Below are positions 36,925 to 52,430 of a stretch of DNA of 64,000 nt, in pieces. Made by a program: the position numbers and the translations under genes. Source of the stretch: Geosiphon pyriformis uo1 (Eukaryota > Fungi > Glomeromycota). Every line of letters starts with the position of its first letter. Within the stretch, counting starts at the first letter, position 1. A model generated the notes under the pieces. That model saw nothing but the letters and a program-made list of their open reading frames with translations, was not told the DNA's origin and searched no databases. The stretch spans positions 686,373-750,372 of the forward strand of contig JAAOMT010000003.1 of NCBI GenBank assembly GCA_016748015.1. Direction: 5' to 3'.

Positions 36925-39348
36925 ATATACAGCTTTTATAAAATATGTACACAAATTAGCCAATTTTTTATTAGTAAATTAAAACAGCATATGCAAATTA
37001 GAGTACTAAATCCATACAGTTAATAACTAGTTAATATTCTGTATTAATAAACAAAAAATCATATTATATTCAAAACTAGATTTTTAATAAACATAGCAAA
37101 TAAATATATATATATTGTAAACAAAATAATAAGCATTATTAAATACAATCATATTTTTAGCCATAATAAAACATTTATATATTCTACATAACAAAAACAA
37201 AAAAAAAGATTGGTATTATTTGTTAATAAATTTAACTTATTATTATTCAAAATTTTTAAATAATCTTTTAACTTTTAATTACTTAATTGAAAAATTTTTA
37301 TTTTTAATTAAATTTACAATATTTTTTTTTAATCCAGCATCAATTTTGAAAATCAAATATAATAAAATCAGATCCAAAAACACAAACATCAATAATAACT
37401 TGGCTATTTAGATACAAAATTATTATATATAAAGTTAAAATATATTCTAAAAACAAAATAATAGTCTGTAATTTAGCTATTATAGAAAACAGAAATTCTT
37501 AAATCTAAATATTTATATTTATATTAATAGCCAAAAAAAAGCAGTGGTTTTACAAATAATCTTAGCAAAACTTATATTTTTTAAAGATTTATTAATATAA
37601 ACTTTAATAATATCTGATTAAACTTTATATAATTGTTTTTATATATTAATAAATTTAAAATACAAAATATTTAAACTATGTAAACCATTTACTTAACCAG
37701 AACCAAATACAAAAAAGTTACTTTTGTGCAAAAAGTTTGATGTTAATTTGAATCATAAAAATACAAATCTTCTTGAATTTAATTTTTTTACTAATAAAAT
37801 GTTTTCTAATCTATAATATTGCTTTTTTTATCCAAGAGTTTATTATAAAATATGATTTTAAACTGCTTTAAAAAACAGACAGAATTATAATACAAAAATC
37901 TTTTCAAGATACTAAATATAGAAAGTTTGTTAGAATTATAAAACATATTAAGTAAATTATTTAACAAGAACAAACTATTAACCAAAAAATTTTTCACTAT
38001 ATTAGCTAAAAAGTTGTTTACAAAACTAACTTATAACTTGACAGAATACTATAGAAAATTCAATAAAGCCCACTTCAAAATTTGCAAATCCAAAAATCTG
38101 TAATTAAAAAAATGCTTAAAAATATCTCTAATATTTAAAAAACCAACTACTAATGTCAATTTTTTTTAGTCTAAATCTATTTGAATAGCTTCAAATTATA
38201 CAAAAAAAAATAATGTAATGTTTTACTAAAAAATTTTTAAAGCAGCTTGGTTTTTATTTTAAGACTATTTTTGATTATAATTTTTACTTATAATATATAT
38301 TTATTAAAACAAAACTAAACTATATATGATAATTAACAATGAGTTATAAGACTGCTAACATTAAATAAAAAAACTGTTTATTTATAATTATTTTTTTAAC
38401 AATTAAAATTAGCAAACTATTAATTTTTAATAAAGCTATTTTAATATCTTAATTAATAAGAATATCTACTATTTTTTTATTATTAATTGAAATATTATTG
38501 ATCTTAAAAAATTTATTAGCAATATTCAAAATATAATATATAGATACTTGATTATTTTCACTCCAAATTGTATTATTAACAAAAACATTTACTGTAAAAA
38601 ATAACATTTTTTTCAATATTTTTTATTTTATTAATTTTTGCTACAAATCTGATATTAATTTGGTATCTATACAAATGTTTTTGTCTTTTAATCTTATATA
38701 AAAAAAAATTATAAAAATTTTTTATAAGAAAAGTAAGAAAACTTTACTTTAATTAAGTCTACTATGTACTTTATAATCTCTAAAAAACCAAAATCTGTTA
38801 TTACTTTATTTATTCTATTCTTATATATTTTTTTTAAAAATCTAATAAACTGGTTATATATCTTGATATACTATAAACTAGTTTTTAAATAATATCATCT
38901 AACTAAGTTATAAGCTTTACATATATCTTGTAATATTAGTCATAATAATTAAGTTAACAGCAAACATAAAAAACTAAGTTAAAATATTTTTCAAAACTAA
39001 AAAATTATTATCATATAAAACATTAAACTTGTTACAAGTCAGAAAAATATATTAAAAAAAAAATTTGAATAGAATTTTCTTAATTGTTTCAATTAATATA
39101 ATAGACTAAATATTTGTCAAGTTTTTATTCTACTTATAAAATTTGGAAATCATTAAAACTCAAACTTTTTTTTAAGAAACTAAAACATTACCAAAAGTAA
39201 AACAAAAATTTAACAAATTTAAAAAACATTTTATCATCATATTACTATAATATTTTCAAAGTTTATTTAATATGCCAAAAAAACTGGCAGTTTTACTATC
39301 AAACAGATTATTATATATTAAAATCAAATCATTTATGTTAATTATTAT

Positions 39349-42300
39349 TGTTATTAGTAGAATTTTAGCCATTAAATTAGTATAAAATTATCTTTATAAT
39401 TTCTATTATTAATTAGCATATATTAAACATTATTTTGATTATTATTTATTATATTAATCAAATTATTAAATATTACTATTTAATTAAGAATTTGATTTGT
39501 ACAATAAAAATTAAGATAATCAAATAACACAATAATTTAAACTTTATAATATTCAAAAATTCACTGAAATTTGTAGAAATTTGCAAAATATTTTAATAGT
39601 TCACTAAAATTAGTTATAATTTGCAAAAACAATTTGTAGTTTATCAAAATATATTTTTAGTTTATTAAAATAATAGCAAAAAAAAAGTTCAAGTTTATAA
39701 ACTAGTATTACAACAAGTTATATAAAAGAAAAGCTTTTTTTTTAAGAAAATGTATCTTACTCAGAATTATCTTACTTTTAATATATTTTTATTATTATTA
39801 TTTAAATAAAAAAAACATACTTTGAAAACCAATTCTTTAATTATTTGTACTTAAAATTTTCTAAAACTCAACTAATGTTTTGAAATTGTTTAGCTACCAA
39901 TTTTAGTAATTCATTAGTGACTCTAGATCTAAATAAAAAACGATTTTTTTAACAAAATCTTATTTTTTTTTACTTTTTTTTACTTTTTTTATTATAATTA
40001 TTAGGGTAGTCTATAGACAAGATTTCTGTAGAAGAGTTGACTTTTATTGCAAAATAACTACACATTTTTAATGAGCTTCCAGATAAGCAATTTCTGAAAA
40101 AGAATGACTTTTACTACAAAGTAACTACATATAATAACTGGCACAAAATTGGTTATTCTACTTATAAGTCTAGCAGTTTAAATTATAAAAAATAATTTGA
40201 AAATAAATTCAGTTATCAAAGATTCAACTACTTTTAAAAAATATAAACTCATAACAAATAAACATTAATAGCATTCAAAAAAAGAGACCAAAAATCTTTA
40301 GTAATATTTAATGTTCTTTCATAAAAATAACACAGCAATAACAATTTCAAAGTAATAAACACAACTAATACAACAACTTTAGAGTATTATTAGTCAATTT
40401 ATATTTACTATAAACAAAGATTCAATATTTAAGACAGAATTGAAATTTTTAAAAAATCATTATACCAATATATTAAAAACTATATCAACAATTATCTTTT
40501 TAAAAACCATAATATATCAGAAGGCAGAAACAACTTTATAAAAGTTTACTATACTATTTCTACTTAGAAATAGAAGACTTAAACAGTAAAATATTGGACA
40601 CTTACTTTTAAGAATTTAACTTCAACATTATTTAATATTGTAAAAAAAAATATTCAGTATAATTTAAATACTTTTTTGACTTTAAATTAGAACCAAAAAA
40701 TAGCAAAAAAGGAAAGCAAAAGAAAAAAACATTTTAAGTCAATTATACAACTTACAATACATTAAAAATAACTGCTAAATACTTGCAAACACCTAAACAA
40801 GTAATTAATATTAAATTACTATTCTTTATTACACTATTTCTAATTTTATTTGCTTAATTACAAATACCCAATTTATCTCTTATTTGGTTTTCAAGACCAG
40901 AAGATTTTATTTTACCAAAAACCTTATTTAATAATAAAAATCAATAACTACTAGTATTAAACTGATTTTTTAGCAAAAAACCAAAGCAACCACTTCAATA
41001 ACAACAAAACCATTTCTAAATTCACAAAAAAAAACTACTAAAGATAAGAATACAGAAAAAATAGCAACCACCTATATTATAAAAATTACTGAATTCACTA
41101 AAAAAGATGCTAACACCAGTCCATAAAAATGACTTGACAAAGTCCAAAAAACAAGAAGTATAAACAAATAAAATGTCATGAAAATACTTAAAGCTATTCT
41201 CTATTTTCTCTAAAAAACTGCAGATAAATGGTTTAAAAACCTAGATGCATTTTTTAAAACCTGACAAATATTCAAAGATGCTTTTCTGGAACAATTTACC
41301 AACAACAACATTTCTATTACTCTTCAAAACTGATTTTAAAACATTAAACAACAACCCTTTAAATCCATTATAATTTATCTTAAAAAGTTCAACAAACTTC
41401 TCTGACAAATTCGACAATTAAAAACCAATAAATATTACTCTAATGCTTAAATTTTAGACCAATTTATAGCTGAATTAAAAGACAAATTAATCAAGAAAGT
41501 TTGTTTTTATGTCTTAGCAGACTTAGCTATAGCTATTTAACATGTAAAAAACTACAAAATAACAATAAAAAAAGCAAACCACACCAAATTTGTAAACTTT
41601 GCAATCAGCAAAACCAGCTCAGCAGCTAAAAAAAAAATTAATCAACTTGTAAAAAAAGTTGAAAACTATTTTACCAACCAGCAACAACAGTAACAACAAA
41701 AATATTAGTCATCTTAAAAATACAATTAAAATAATTATATATTATCATAAAACAATTAATCTTAAAGCTATTACTATTGTAAAATTTCAGAACACTGGAA
41801 ATAAGATTGCTGAAAAATATAAAAAGACTAACAATTAAGGAATAATCAACATTATTTCCAATCTTAGCAATTCTATTATCAATTCTCATTACTAACCTAT
41901 TATTTACCAAGATTTTAATATTAGAACAATTATTATGCACCTGTTTTACAATTTATTCAACAACAGTATTAACAATCACCAGTTCAATAATATCAAATGT
42001 TTGCTTAAAAATTAGTTTAATCAAATCAATTTGTACATTAAAACCAATTTACAATAAACAATAACTAATCCAATCTCAACAATTAATTAGTTCTTCAAAA
42101 TTCAGTTTAACAAAGACCCAACTATTATTATATACAATCTAATTATCTCACAATACTAAAAAAATTGAATTTTTAGCAAACTGTACTTTCTAAAAGTGAA
42201 AATGCAGCCCTAAAACAAAACTCTTTTAGTAATATAATTTTATTACCCAAAATTGCCCAAAATATCAATCTTTCTAATATATTTTCATTTAAATTTAAAG

Positions 42301-45300
42301 CAAATAAATTACCATTTTTGTTTAGCAATACAGCCATTATAGAGCAAAAAACAATCACAGCTATATATATAAAAGCCAAAGTTAAAGAAAAATCAATTTA
42401 GTTAATCTTAAACAGTAAATTTGCCAAAAGCATTATTATTTACCAATTGATACAACAGCTACAATAAAATGTTAACAGATCTACTCAAACAGTTATCATT
42501 ATAGTAAATGGCATAAAAAAGACTCCAGTAGAAAAAATTAACAACTTTTTATTTACAATTAATAAAATTACCATATCCATCAAAGTTTTTATTATGAATG
42601 TATTCCAATATTAAGCTTTTATTAAAAACAATTGGCTTTTCAAGGCCAATACAAATTTAGACTAGAAAACACAAGAATTAAAAATCTCATATCAAAAACA
42701 ATACAATAAAGTATTTGCTATATGTAGTACTTTCAATAAATAATCTAAAAAAGCCTTAGTATTCAAATTTAAAAAGAAAAAAAAAATGTTAATCACTGAA
42801 ACTTACATGGCTTTTGGATTAACATCCAGTTAAACCAAGGAAACAAAACAAAAAATTGTTAAAAAAACCAGCAGTTAAAACAAAGTTTAGTATTTTATAC
42901 CAAAACTCCAGAAACAACCACCATATATTTTACTTAAATGCAAAGATTATAACAAAAAACTTTCATTAATAGAAGCTTGTATATTATCAGAAGAAGAATA
43001 TAAGATGTGTATTTGCTATTATTGTAAAATCTGTTACTGGAAACAATTCAAATATCTTAAATAAAATGGAAAATAGGACAACACTTCTTGTCTTACTTGT
43101 AAAGAATTATTATCTAAAGAATACAACTAAATCAATATTGCAATAAAAAAAAAGTATGCAATAAGACCTGCAATTATGTTTTATCAATTACAGAAAAAGT
43201 CTGTAAAGAAATTTTTTTTGATGCAGTATATAACAGTACTTTAAACAAATCCTATTATTATTCAAATAATATAAAGATAATCTATAAATTGATTATAATT
43301 TTGATTAATAAAAGAATCCAAAAAAATGTTCACCATATAAAAAAAGCTGAATATATTGAATACATTTTTAAAATCACTAGATACAACTATGAAAATAAGG
43401 TAAAAATATATCACCAAATTGCAAGTCTATTTATTTGACCAAAAAAGCTTAAATTCATTAATTAAAGCAAATAAACATTTAATTATACAAAGAATATATC
43501 ATGTTTTGTGATAACCAATAGTATCCAGAATGCTATACTTTTAATATTCTTTTGTTTAGTAAAAGTAATAAACATAAAATTAAATTTAGAAAATTCTAAC
43601 CAAAAAAAAAAATCACAACAACTTTAATCTATTTTATTAAAAACCAGTCTGCCATACAACTCAAGTATTTTAAATAATAATCAAAAAATCAATCCAAAAA
43701 AAGCTTACAAAATTAATGCTAAATATAATTTATAATACTTAAGCAAAAATATTTTAATTCTCTAATCCAAGTTCCTAACTAAGATCAATCTTAAAATTGT
43801 TTTTAAAATTTTACCAAAAACAATAGTTCAAATTGCTTTCTAATTATTATTAACAAACAAAAAAATTAACATTAGAAAAAAAATTATAAATACAAGATAC
43901 ATCAGAAATATTACAATTATGTTACAAAATAAAACTAATAAACTATTCAAAATTAAACATGAAAAAAAAATTGCTTAAGTTATTTATCAACATTTTAGAT
44001 TTAAAACCAATTATATTAAGAGAACAATTAGGAAAAAGTGAAAAAAAATTCAAGATTTTGGTTTAATTGAACAATTTACAGTTGCAGTTAATATAACTTT
44101 TAATGCACAAAATAAATCTCACCAGATTCTTTAACTTCTACAATCAATTATTATCTTACTTTTTGGAGAATATCATAAAATTTACATCTGTCCAAAATCT
44201 ATTATTATACAACAAATCTTTGAAACCAATAAACAAATTTGTTTAAAACACAAAATTGCAATCTCAAATATTTATATTTTAAAAGAAATAAAAAAATTTT
44301 GAATTACTTTCTACAATCCCAAAAAACACTCTATCATTTTATTAAATAGATTAAAAATTAAAATAATACATAATAATAATATTTTTCAAAACAAAATTCT
44401 GTAAATTGTTTCTAATTTTATTAAAATTATGAGACATATTTTTTTTCTAAATCTAACTATTTTTTCTAGTACTGAAAACTACCATATAATTGAAAAAAAA
44501 ACTTTTTAAAATCAAAATGGGTCCCCTAAAACCCCAACAACAAAGACAATTAAAACAATTAATTGTTGAATATGCTAATATATTCATCAAAAACAATAAT
44601 AATCTCAGAAAAACTGATATTATATAGCATCAAATTCACACAGAAGATGCTTTATCAAAATGCCAACAAGCTTATTAAATTCTACCTGCCAGCCATCAAC
44701 TCATTAAAAAAAAAGTACAACAGATGCTTAACAATGATTTTATTTAGTTATTAAAAAGTCCTTAAATTTTACCAGTAGTTTTTGTCAAAAAAAAAATAAC
44801 AAGATTAGATTTTGCATAGATTATTGCCAATTTAATAATATAATAATTAAAGATATATATTCTTTTTCAAGAATTAACAATATCTTAGATGCTTTTAGAA
44901 AAGCCAAGTTTTTCTTAATATTAGACTTAAAAAGCAAATATTAACAAGTTGAAATAGATTTAAAGAACCACTTCAAAACAACATTTATCATACAAGAAAA
45001 AAACTACAAGTTCAATATTATGTCTTTTGAATTTTGTAATACATCAGCAATATTTCAAAAACTAATAAATGTTGTTTATAAAAAACTTCTATGACAACTA
45101 ATAGTTGTCTATCTCAATGACATTAATATGTATTTTTCAATATTCAAAGCTTATTTGATCCACTTGCTAAAAGTTTTTTAACAATTATGAAAAACAAAAT
45201 TGAAATTAAACATTAGAAATATTACTTTGAAAAAACAAATTTGATCTTTTTTGAACATATTATTAGCAAAGATAGAGTTTAATCCAATCTAAAAACAATT

Positions 45301-48300
45301 AATACTGTCAAAAACTTTTAAATTCTCTAAAATACTACAGAACTAAGAAAATTCATCAGATTAGCTTTTTATTACTAAAAGTTTATCAAAAAATTTTCTG
45401 GAATTGCTAAATTATTTAACTATCTGATTAACAAAAATATTAGATACCAATAGACCCAAGCTCAACAATAAACATTCAATACTCTTAAAAAAAAACTTAC
45501 CACAGCTCCAATTTTTGCCTATTTTAACTTCAACAAAAAATTTCTGTTAGTTACTAATGCTTTACATACAGTTTTTGGTGCTATTTTATTACAATTAGAT
45601 AATAATAACAATAAATAAATAATTGTCTATGTTAGTAGAATCTTCAAACCAACTGAATTCAAATATAGTTTAACTAAATTAGAAACAGCAGCTATTATCT
45701 GAACTTTCAAACACTTTTAACAATACCTCCGAAATAAACTTTAATTTAATATTATTACTAATAATATTGGCCTCAAATGACTCAATAAAAAGAGTTTTGA
45801 ATTCAATATAAAACAATCTTAATGAACTGATTTTTTTGCAGATTACAAATATATTATATATTACAAATTAGAAAAACTACATACCAACATAGTTAGTCTT
45901 TTAATAATAAAACAAAATTAGAAATAACACCTACAACTTAACAATTTAACAACAATAAACAATTAACAAACAATAAATTCTAAAAATTACAACAACATCA
46001 AAAATTATTTGGAAACTTTTATCATATTAAAAAACTGGTCTCCAATCAAAAAACAGCAATTACAATACCAGTCAAAGCAATACTTTATCTATTATAACAA
46101 AATCTATTATTAAAATTGCAAAAACTCAACAAATTTACTCAGATTAGTCCAACAAAATAAAAAAAACCATTTTATACAACATGTATATAGATTTTTTATC
46201 AGCATACTTAAGAAAAAATAATACAATTCAAAGAATATTTAAACATTATTTTTGGTCTCATATGTACAAAGACATTTAACAATATATAAAATTATGTAAT
46301 AGTTGTCAAAAAAGAGGAAAAACTTATCCTTCTGAACTCTTAAATTCAATTAAAGTTAAACAACTTTTTAACAGAGTTAAAATTAATTTAGTCAAACTAC
46401 TACTTATTATAACTCAAGAAAACTGTTATATTGCAGTTATAGTAAATTATCTTACCAAATAGTCTAAAGCCAAAGTCATTTAAAGTGTATACAAAATTAG
46501 TAACAAATTTTATTTATAAAAACATTTGTAAATACAAATGTTTAATTAAATTTTTATTTAATTGAGAAACACATTTTATAAACAACTTAATACAAAAAAT
46601 TTATAAACAGTTTAATATTAAACAATTTTTATTATTATTATATTATTCATAAACAAACAGATTAATAAAATGTTTTAACTGGATATTGTGTGAATTTTTA
46701 GCCAAAGTCTCAACTAATTTTGAACAAAAATAAAATATTTTTATTTCATTAGTGTTATTAGCTTATAGAATACTAAAACAAAATATTATAAAATACATAC
46801 TATTTAATCTTATCTATGGAAGAACAGCAATATTACTAATTAATTTTATTGTAAAAACATATCTAGTACAACCAATCACAGAAAAAAACTTCCAAGAAAC
46901 ACTCTAATAAAAAGTCTACATTTTTCTTAATACATTGGAAGAAAAAAGACAAATGACAACAATTTATATTAAATACTTTTAAGCTTAACAAAAAAAATGA
47001 CATAACAATAAATTGCCACCAATTATCAATAAATTTAAAATCAGAAACAAAGTTTTTTTACACAAAACTAAGACTGAAAAACAGTAAAATGGAAAATTTA
47101 AACATAAATAAAATAGACCATTTTATATTTATGAAATCTTAAATAATAGATTATATAAGTTAAAACTTGATAACAAAGTTGTACATAAAGATTGATTAAA
47201 GTACTATTATTTTAAAAATAATTTTTAATTATTAATTTTACAAATTGGTATACATTCTTTTTTAATTAATCCTAAAGATATTCTCCAAAATTTAGAACTA
47301 ATAATTGTAATAAAACAACAAACAAATCTGAATATTTAATTTATTTTATTAGTATTTCCTTTAAAATAATACAGAAACATTAAAAATAGTAAAATAATCA
47401 CCAAAAAATACCTAAACCAAAAATATATAAAATCTCTATACCAAAAATAATTTTTTCTTTTGTTTTTACAAATTTAATTAAATTTTATTTAATTTTATAA
47501 TGTTTATTTCTTAAAACATTTAACAAATATTACAAAAATTAATGTTAACTTTAAAAACACTTCCTGACTTATTCATAATAATTAATAAAAATTAAATCAA
47601 ATACACTTAAAAAAAAATTACAGCTTTAATAGTAAATAATTTTTAGAAATATTACTCTTATAAAAAAAACACAAGAAGTTATTTTGAAAGTCAATTACCA
47701 GAATTTTTAAAGCAAGCTTTGAAAGAAAACTTATTGTTCACACTTATAAACATTTTTTTAAATGCCATAATATAACAAAAACTTCAAATGTGTCTTAATA
47801 AAAGCAATAAATATATCTTTAGTTATTGATATTTCTAAATTAGAAAAACACTATACTAATAGAAATTAGAATTTAAAGCAACCAATCTTACTTCTAAAAC
47901 TATACAAAAGTAAATAAATAACGAATTCAAAACAACAGCCAAATTAATAAATGCTTGCTACAGATTCAAGATAGCTTTTAAACTTTATGACTTATTTAAT
48001 ATGTGTAAAAATGTTCTACAAAATTTAATACTTCAATTAATAAAGATTCAATATATTAGCAAACTCACAAAACTGAAATTTCAATAATTTTTAAACCAAA
48101 TTACTTCAATAATCTTGAATTACTATCTTGAAATTACAGATAATGCTTGAACTTTAATGGAGCTCAGTTTTAAGAAAAAGATTATGTTATCAATAAAATT
48201 TTAGCCATTAAATTAGCATGAAATTATCCTTATAATTTTTATTATTAATTAACATATATTAAACATTGTTTTAATTACTACTTATTATGTTAATTAAATT

Positions 48301-49144
48301 ATTGAATATCACTATTTAATTAAAAATTCGATTTATACAATAAAAATTAAGATGATTAAATAACACAATAACTCAAACTCTATAATATTTAAGAATTTAC
48401 CAAAATTTGTAGAAATTTGTAAAATATTTTAATAGTTTACTAAAATTAGTTATACTTTACAGAAACAATTTGTAGTTTATTAAAATATATTTTTAGTTTA
48501 TTAAAATAATAACAAAAAGAAAAATTCAAGTTTATAGACTAGTATTACAACAAGTTGTATAAAAAAAAAGCTTTTTTTTTCAAGAAAATGTATCTTATTC
48601 AGAATTATTTTACTTTTAATATATCTTTATTATTATTATTTAAATAAAAAAAAACATATTATAAAACCCAATTTTTTAATTATTTGTACTTAAATTTCCC
48701 AAAACCCAATTAATGTTTTAAAATTAATTAGCTACCAATTTTAGTAATCTGTTAGTAATTTCAAACCTAGATAGAAAACAATTTTTTTAACAAATTCTTA
48801 TTTTTTTTACATTTTTTTTATTTTTTTATTATAATTATTAAGATAATTTACAAATGAAATTCCTGTAAAAAAGTTAACTTTTACTGCAATATAATTACAT
48901 ATTTTTAGTAAGCTTTTAGATAAGCAATTTCTGGGAAAAAGTTGACTTTTATTATAAAGTAACTACATATAATAACTGGCATAGAATTGGTTATTCTATT
49001 TATAAGCCCAATAGTTCAAATTATTTTCTATAATTTGAAGATAAATTCAATTATTAAAGGTTTAATTACTTTCAGAAAACATGAACTCACAGCAAATAGA
49101 TATTAACAGCATTCAAAAAAAGAGACCAAAAATCTTCAGTAATA
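39349..49144 (+). mobile_element. Ty3/gypsy family A copy A2, full length, extremely hypermutated
   Basis: LTRs 39349-40306 and 48185-49144, TSD TTAT/TTAT. Collinear with A1 and A3 throughout, but no long ORF survives. Confidence 0.92.
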
Positions 49145-50158
49145 TTATTATTATCTTAAAAAAAGTATTATTATCTATATAATCTAAAAAAACATACTGG
49201 TAAGACCACAAATCAGATAATTATAAAAATAAAATTTACTTTTTGTTTACTTTTTTATAATTTTATTAATATTAAATTTTACTTTTTCAAATTTCAAGAC
49301 CAAATTTTCTTTAACTACCAAGTAGTTTAAAACTATCTTGTAAAAAACTTACTTTAAAACACTTCTAATTATATAACTTTTATTGAAGTAAAAATCTTTT
49401 ATGCATTAATTAATTGCTTTTTTAATAAAAGTATCTTTAATAGTCTTTGACTTATAATATTTAGACTTTTTGTATTTTTTCTTAACTATTGACAAATGTT
49501 TAATAATGTTTAATAATTTTATATTATTTTATAATATATTACTAATTTTAAAAGTTTTCTTATTATTAATTGCTAATCATTTTATAATGAGACTATTAAA
49601 CTCAGATCTATTATTTAAACTCAATTTTTTTATTATTTTGGCAATTAATAATTCTAACTTAAAAAACTTTTATATATATTATAATTAATAGTTATATATA
49701 TAATTATAAATATTGTTAAAAAAAGTATTATTATTGTTAAAAAAATTTTAAATTTATCTGATAATAATATTAAAAAAAATTATATTTAATAAAAAACTTC
49801 TAAATATTAATATTGTTTTAAATATTAAGATTTTAATTATTTAATATTTAATTGTAAGATGTTTTTATTTTTAAAAAATTTTAGTTTAAGTTTATAATTG
49901 ATTTATGATTTTTGAATTTTATTTTGTTAATATAAATACTTATATTAAGATTGTTATTTTTTTGATCTTTTTTATTGTTATTATTATTATTAATTTTATA
50001 ATTAGCTTTAAATTGATTTTTTTTGAAATTTAAATTGGTTAAGTTAGTTTATTAATTAAAATTATTGTTGTATTTATTGGTATTTTGGTTTTTTGGTTAT
50101 ACTTTTTTTTTTATATATTAAATTAAAAAAAAATAAGTTGTAATTTAAAAAAATATTG

Positions 50159-52430
50159 TTTTTTTTTTTTTTTAATGAATATGGTCTAATCATTAATTAG
50201 AAATTAAGACCAAATTAAGTAATTTAGGGCTAAATATAATTCATGCACTTTCTATATGTAACTAACTACTCAAACCAGTTCAAGCTATACTATGCTATTA
50301 ACTTACAAAAAAACTTCTCCAAAGTAAACATTTTTTGAATTACATCAAACAAAGTAAGATTACTAGAAACCAATTCAACAAGCCACTTGGCTGTTTTTAT
50401 AGAACTAAACCTAACCTTAAAAGATTCAAATTTTCAGAGTGCTATTAACTCACCAAACATCTCATTACTTACTCCAACAGAAACACCAGAATTATTAGAC
50501 AAATCAACATTTTCCATGTCACACTCAGTTTTCAATGCTACTACTTCTTTCTCCAACTTATTAACAGATTTGCCAAAACATTCAAATATACTATAAGTTC
50601 ATTAATCTTGTTTCCAAGCTTGCTGTTAGACACAAGATCACTCTTAATAAATTGCTCAAAAGCAGTTACCAATCCACCAACAGGCTTAATAATAAATTCA
50701 ACCAATGTTGACAACTTGATTAAATCAGATTCCAAAGCAGCTAACCAAGAAAACATTAAAGGATTAGCAATAGCCACAAGAGAAACAAAAGCCATTAAAG
50801 AAAGAAACTCAAAAAGAACAAAGGAAACAAATGCCTTAGCATAAGACAAAGAATTGACAAAATACAGTTTAAATATCTTAAAAATCTTAGAAGAAAGAAG
50901 TAGAACAACCTTGCAGTTCATAGCCAAATGGTCTATTTTTTAACACCAAAAACAATGCTGACAACTAAGAGTTTCTCACCAGATATGGCACTTTCTTAGC
51001 ATACCAGTTTTGGCAACAGTAAGATCCAAATCAACTTGGGAGTCAAATGTAATCAGAGCAAACCAGAAATAATGACCAGAATCAGAAAACTGAGAAATAA
51101 AACAAGTTTGACCACCAACATAAAAAATCATATTGCTGATTTCAAAAGCAGTACAACCAGAAAGAAGGTTGACCAATTTGGTCTTAAACCTATCATGAGA
51201 CAAAATTGTCTCATTTTAATTGATGAAAGAGAGAATTCAAACATTATCTTTGCCTACCAAAACCAACTAATAAGTGAAAGCAGATGCAGCAGCATTTAAT
51301 TCTTTAAAATAGACAACCACATATTACCAAACACCAACAGACTTTAGTACAACATGAGAAACTTCATTAAAAACACTAAGAGCTGACTTAATATTGACAG
51401 CAAACATATTTAAAGGCATATTATACAGTACAATAGTAACAAGAGAAGAACCAGACTCAAAAACCACCAAAAACTTGGCAACTTTGAGCATGACAAGATG
51501 AACAGAACTTGTAAGCTCAACCAAAAATACAGCTTTCAAAGAATTTTAAAAAGCAAACTCTATGCAAAAGAGCTTTACATTGTCTTTTGAAACAGATTTT
51601 GCACCCAAAAAACCATGTATAGACTGAAAAACAGTCTTAACATAAGTCAATTTGATCTTAAAAGTAGTACTAGACACCAGAATGAAAGTTATTCACTCAG
51701 CAAATCTTTGATAACTAGTAATAATTTCTTAAGCACCACTAGTAACAGTATCAAAAACCAGAGGAGATAATTCAGTTTCCATCTGATCAGCCCAGTTTCT
51801 AAAAACAGATAACCCAACAGAAGATAGTTGCTTTACTTTCAGAACCAGCAAAGATTTGTTAGAAGGCACCATATTTGACAATACAACTAGTGGGTAATCT
51901 TGGCCTATTTTGATAATATGTTAGATAATGCAGTAAAAATTTCACTTAAGATCTCAATTGGAACCACAAAGAGGTTTGGTGTAACAATAGCAAAGACAAG
52001 TAACTGCTTCCACTTTTCTGAACTTTTGGTTTTTTTAATTATTTTTTTTGAAGATGTGATGCTAGTAGCATTAGATGTTAAAGCTAAAGAGGAGAAAACC
52101 AACTTGTTTACTAATTTATTATTAAAAACTTTTGGGCTCTTAGTTAAGGTAGAAACAATATTAAGATTAATCTAAATGTGTTTCTTTGAAGAAACTTTAA
52201 TTGGTGAAAAACTAGTTAAAGATAAAAAAGTTGCTTTAGTAGCTATCAAAAACAGCTTTTCATAACTATTAGATAAAAAAAAGATTTCTAAAATATTCTG
52301 CTTAATTGCTTCTACAACAGAAAAAGCTCTTTTAATTGAAATTTTATTAAATATCTCAGAAAAAATATCAAGTACAGCTTTTTTACTTTTTGCTTTGGTT
52401 GTAATCATAAAATTAAGGAAACAAAAAGTG
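50159..52430 (-). mobile_element. ORF1-only non-LTR element (HAL1-like) copy 1 with poly(A) tail
   Basis: ATG 52408. RRM-like segments (VLYNMPLNM; KLVNLLSGCTAFEI...FALITFDS), CCHC CFWC*KIDHLAMNC ~50912-50953, coiled-coil, stop ~50290, short UTR, A15 tail 50159-50173. Confidence 0.75.

Larger units (their letters stand above)
35280..49750 (-). mobile_element. LINE relic 2, heavily decayed, interrupted by solo LTR and A2
   Basis: 37300-38930 collinear with relic 1 (RNase H, RT). QDICKAY motif ~38915. Resumes after 49144. Shared 3' tail at ~35325-35393. Limits approximate. Confidence 0.7.

Noticed and set aside
50159-52430. This ORF1 being the ORF1 of LINE relic 2
   Set aside because: It has its own 3' tail and poly(A), is far less decayed, and is separated by unrelated sequence at ~49800-50150.
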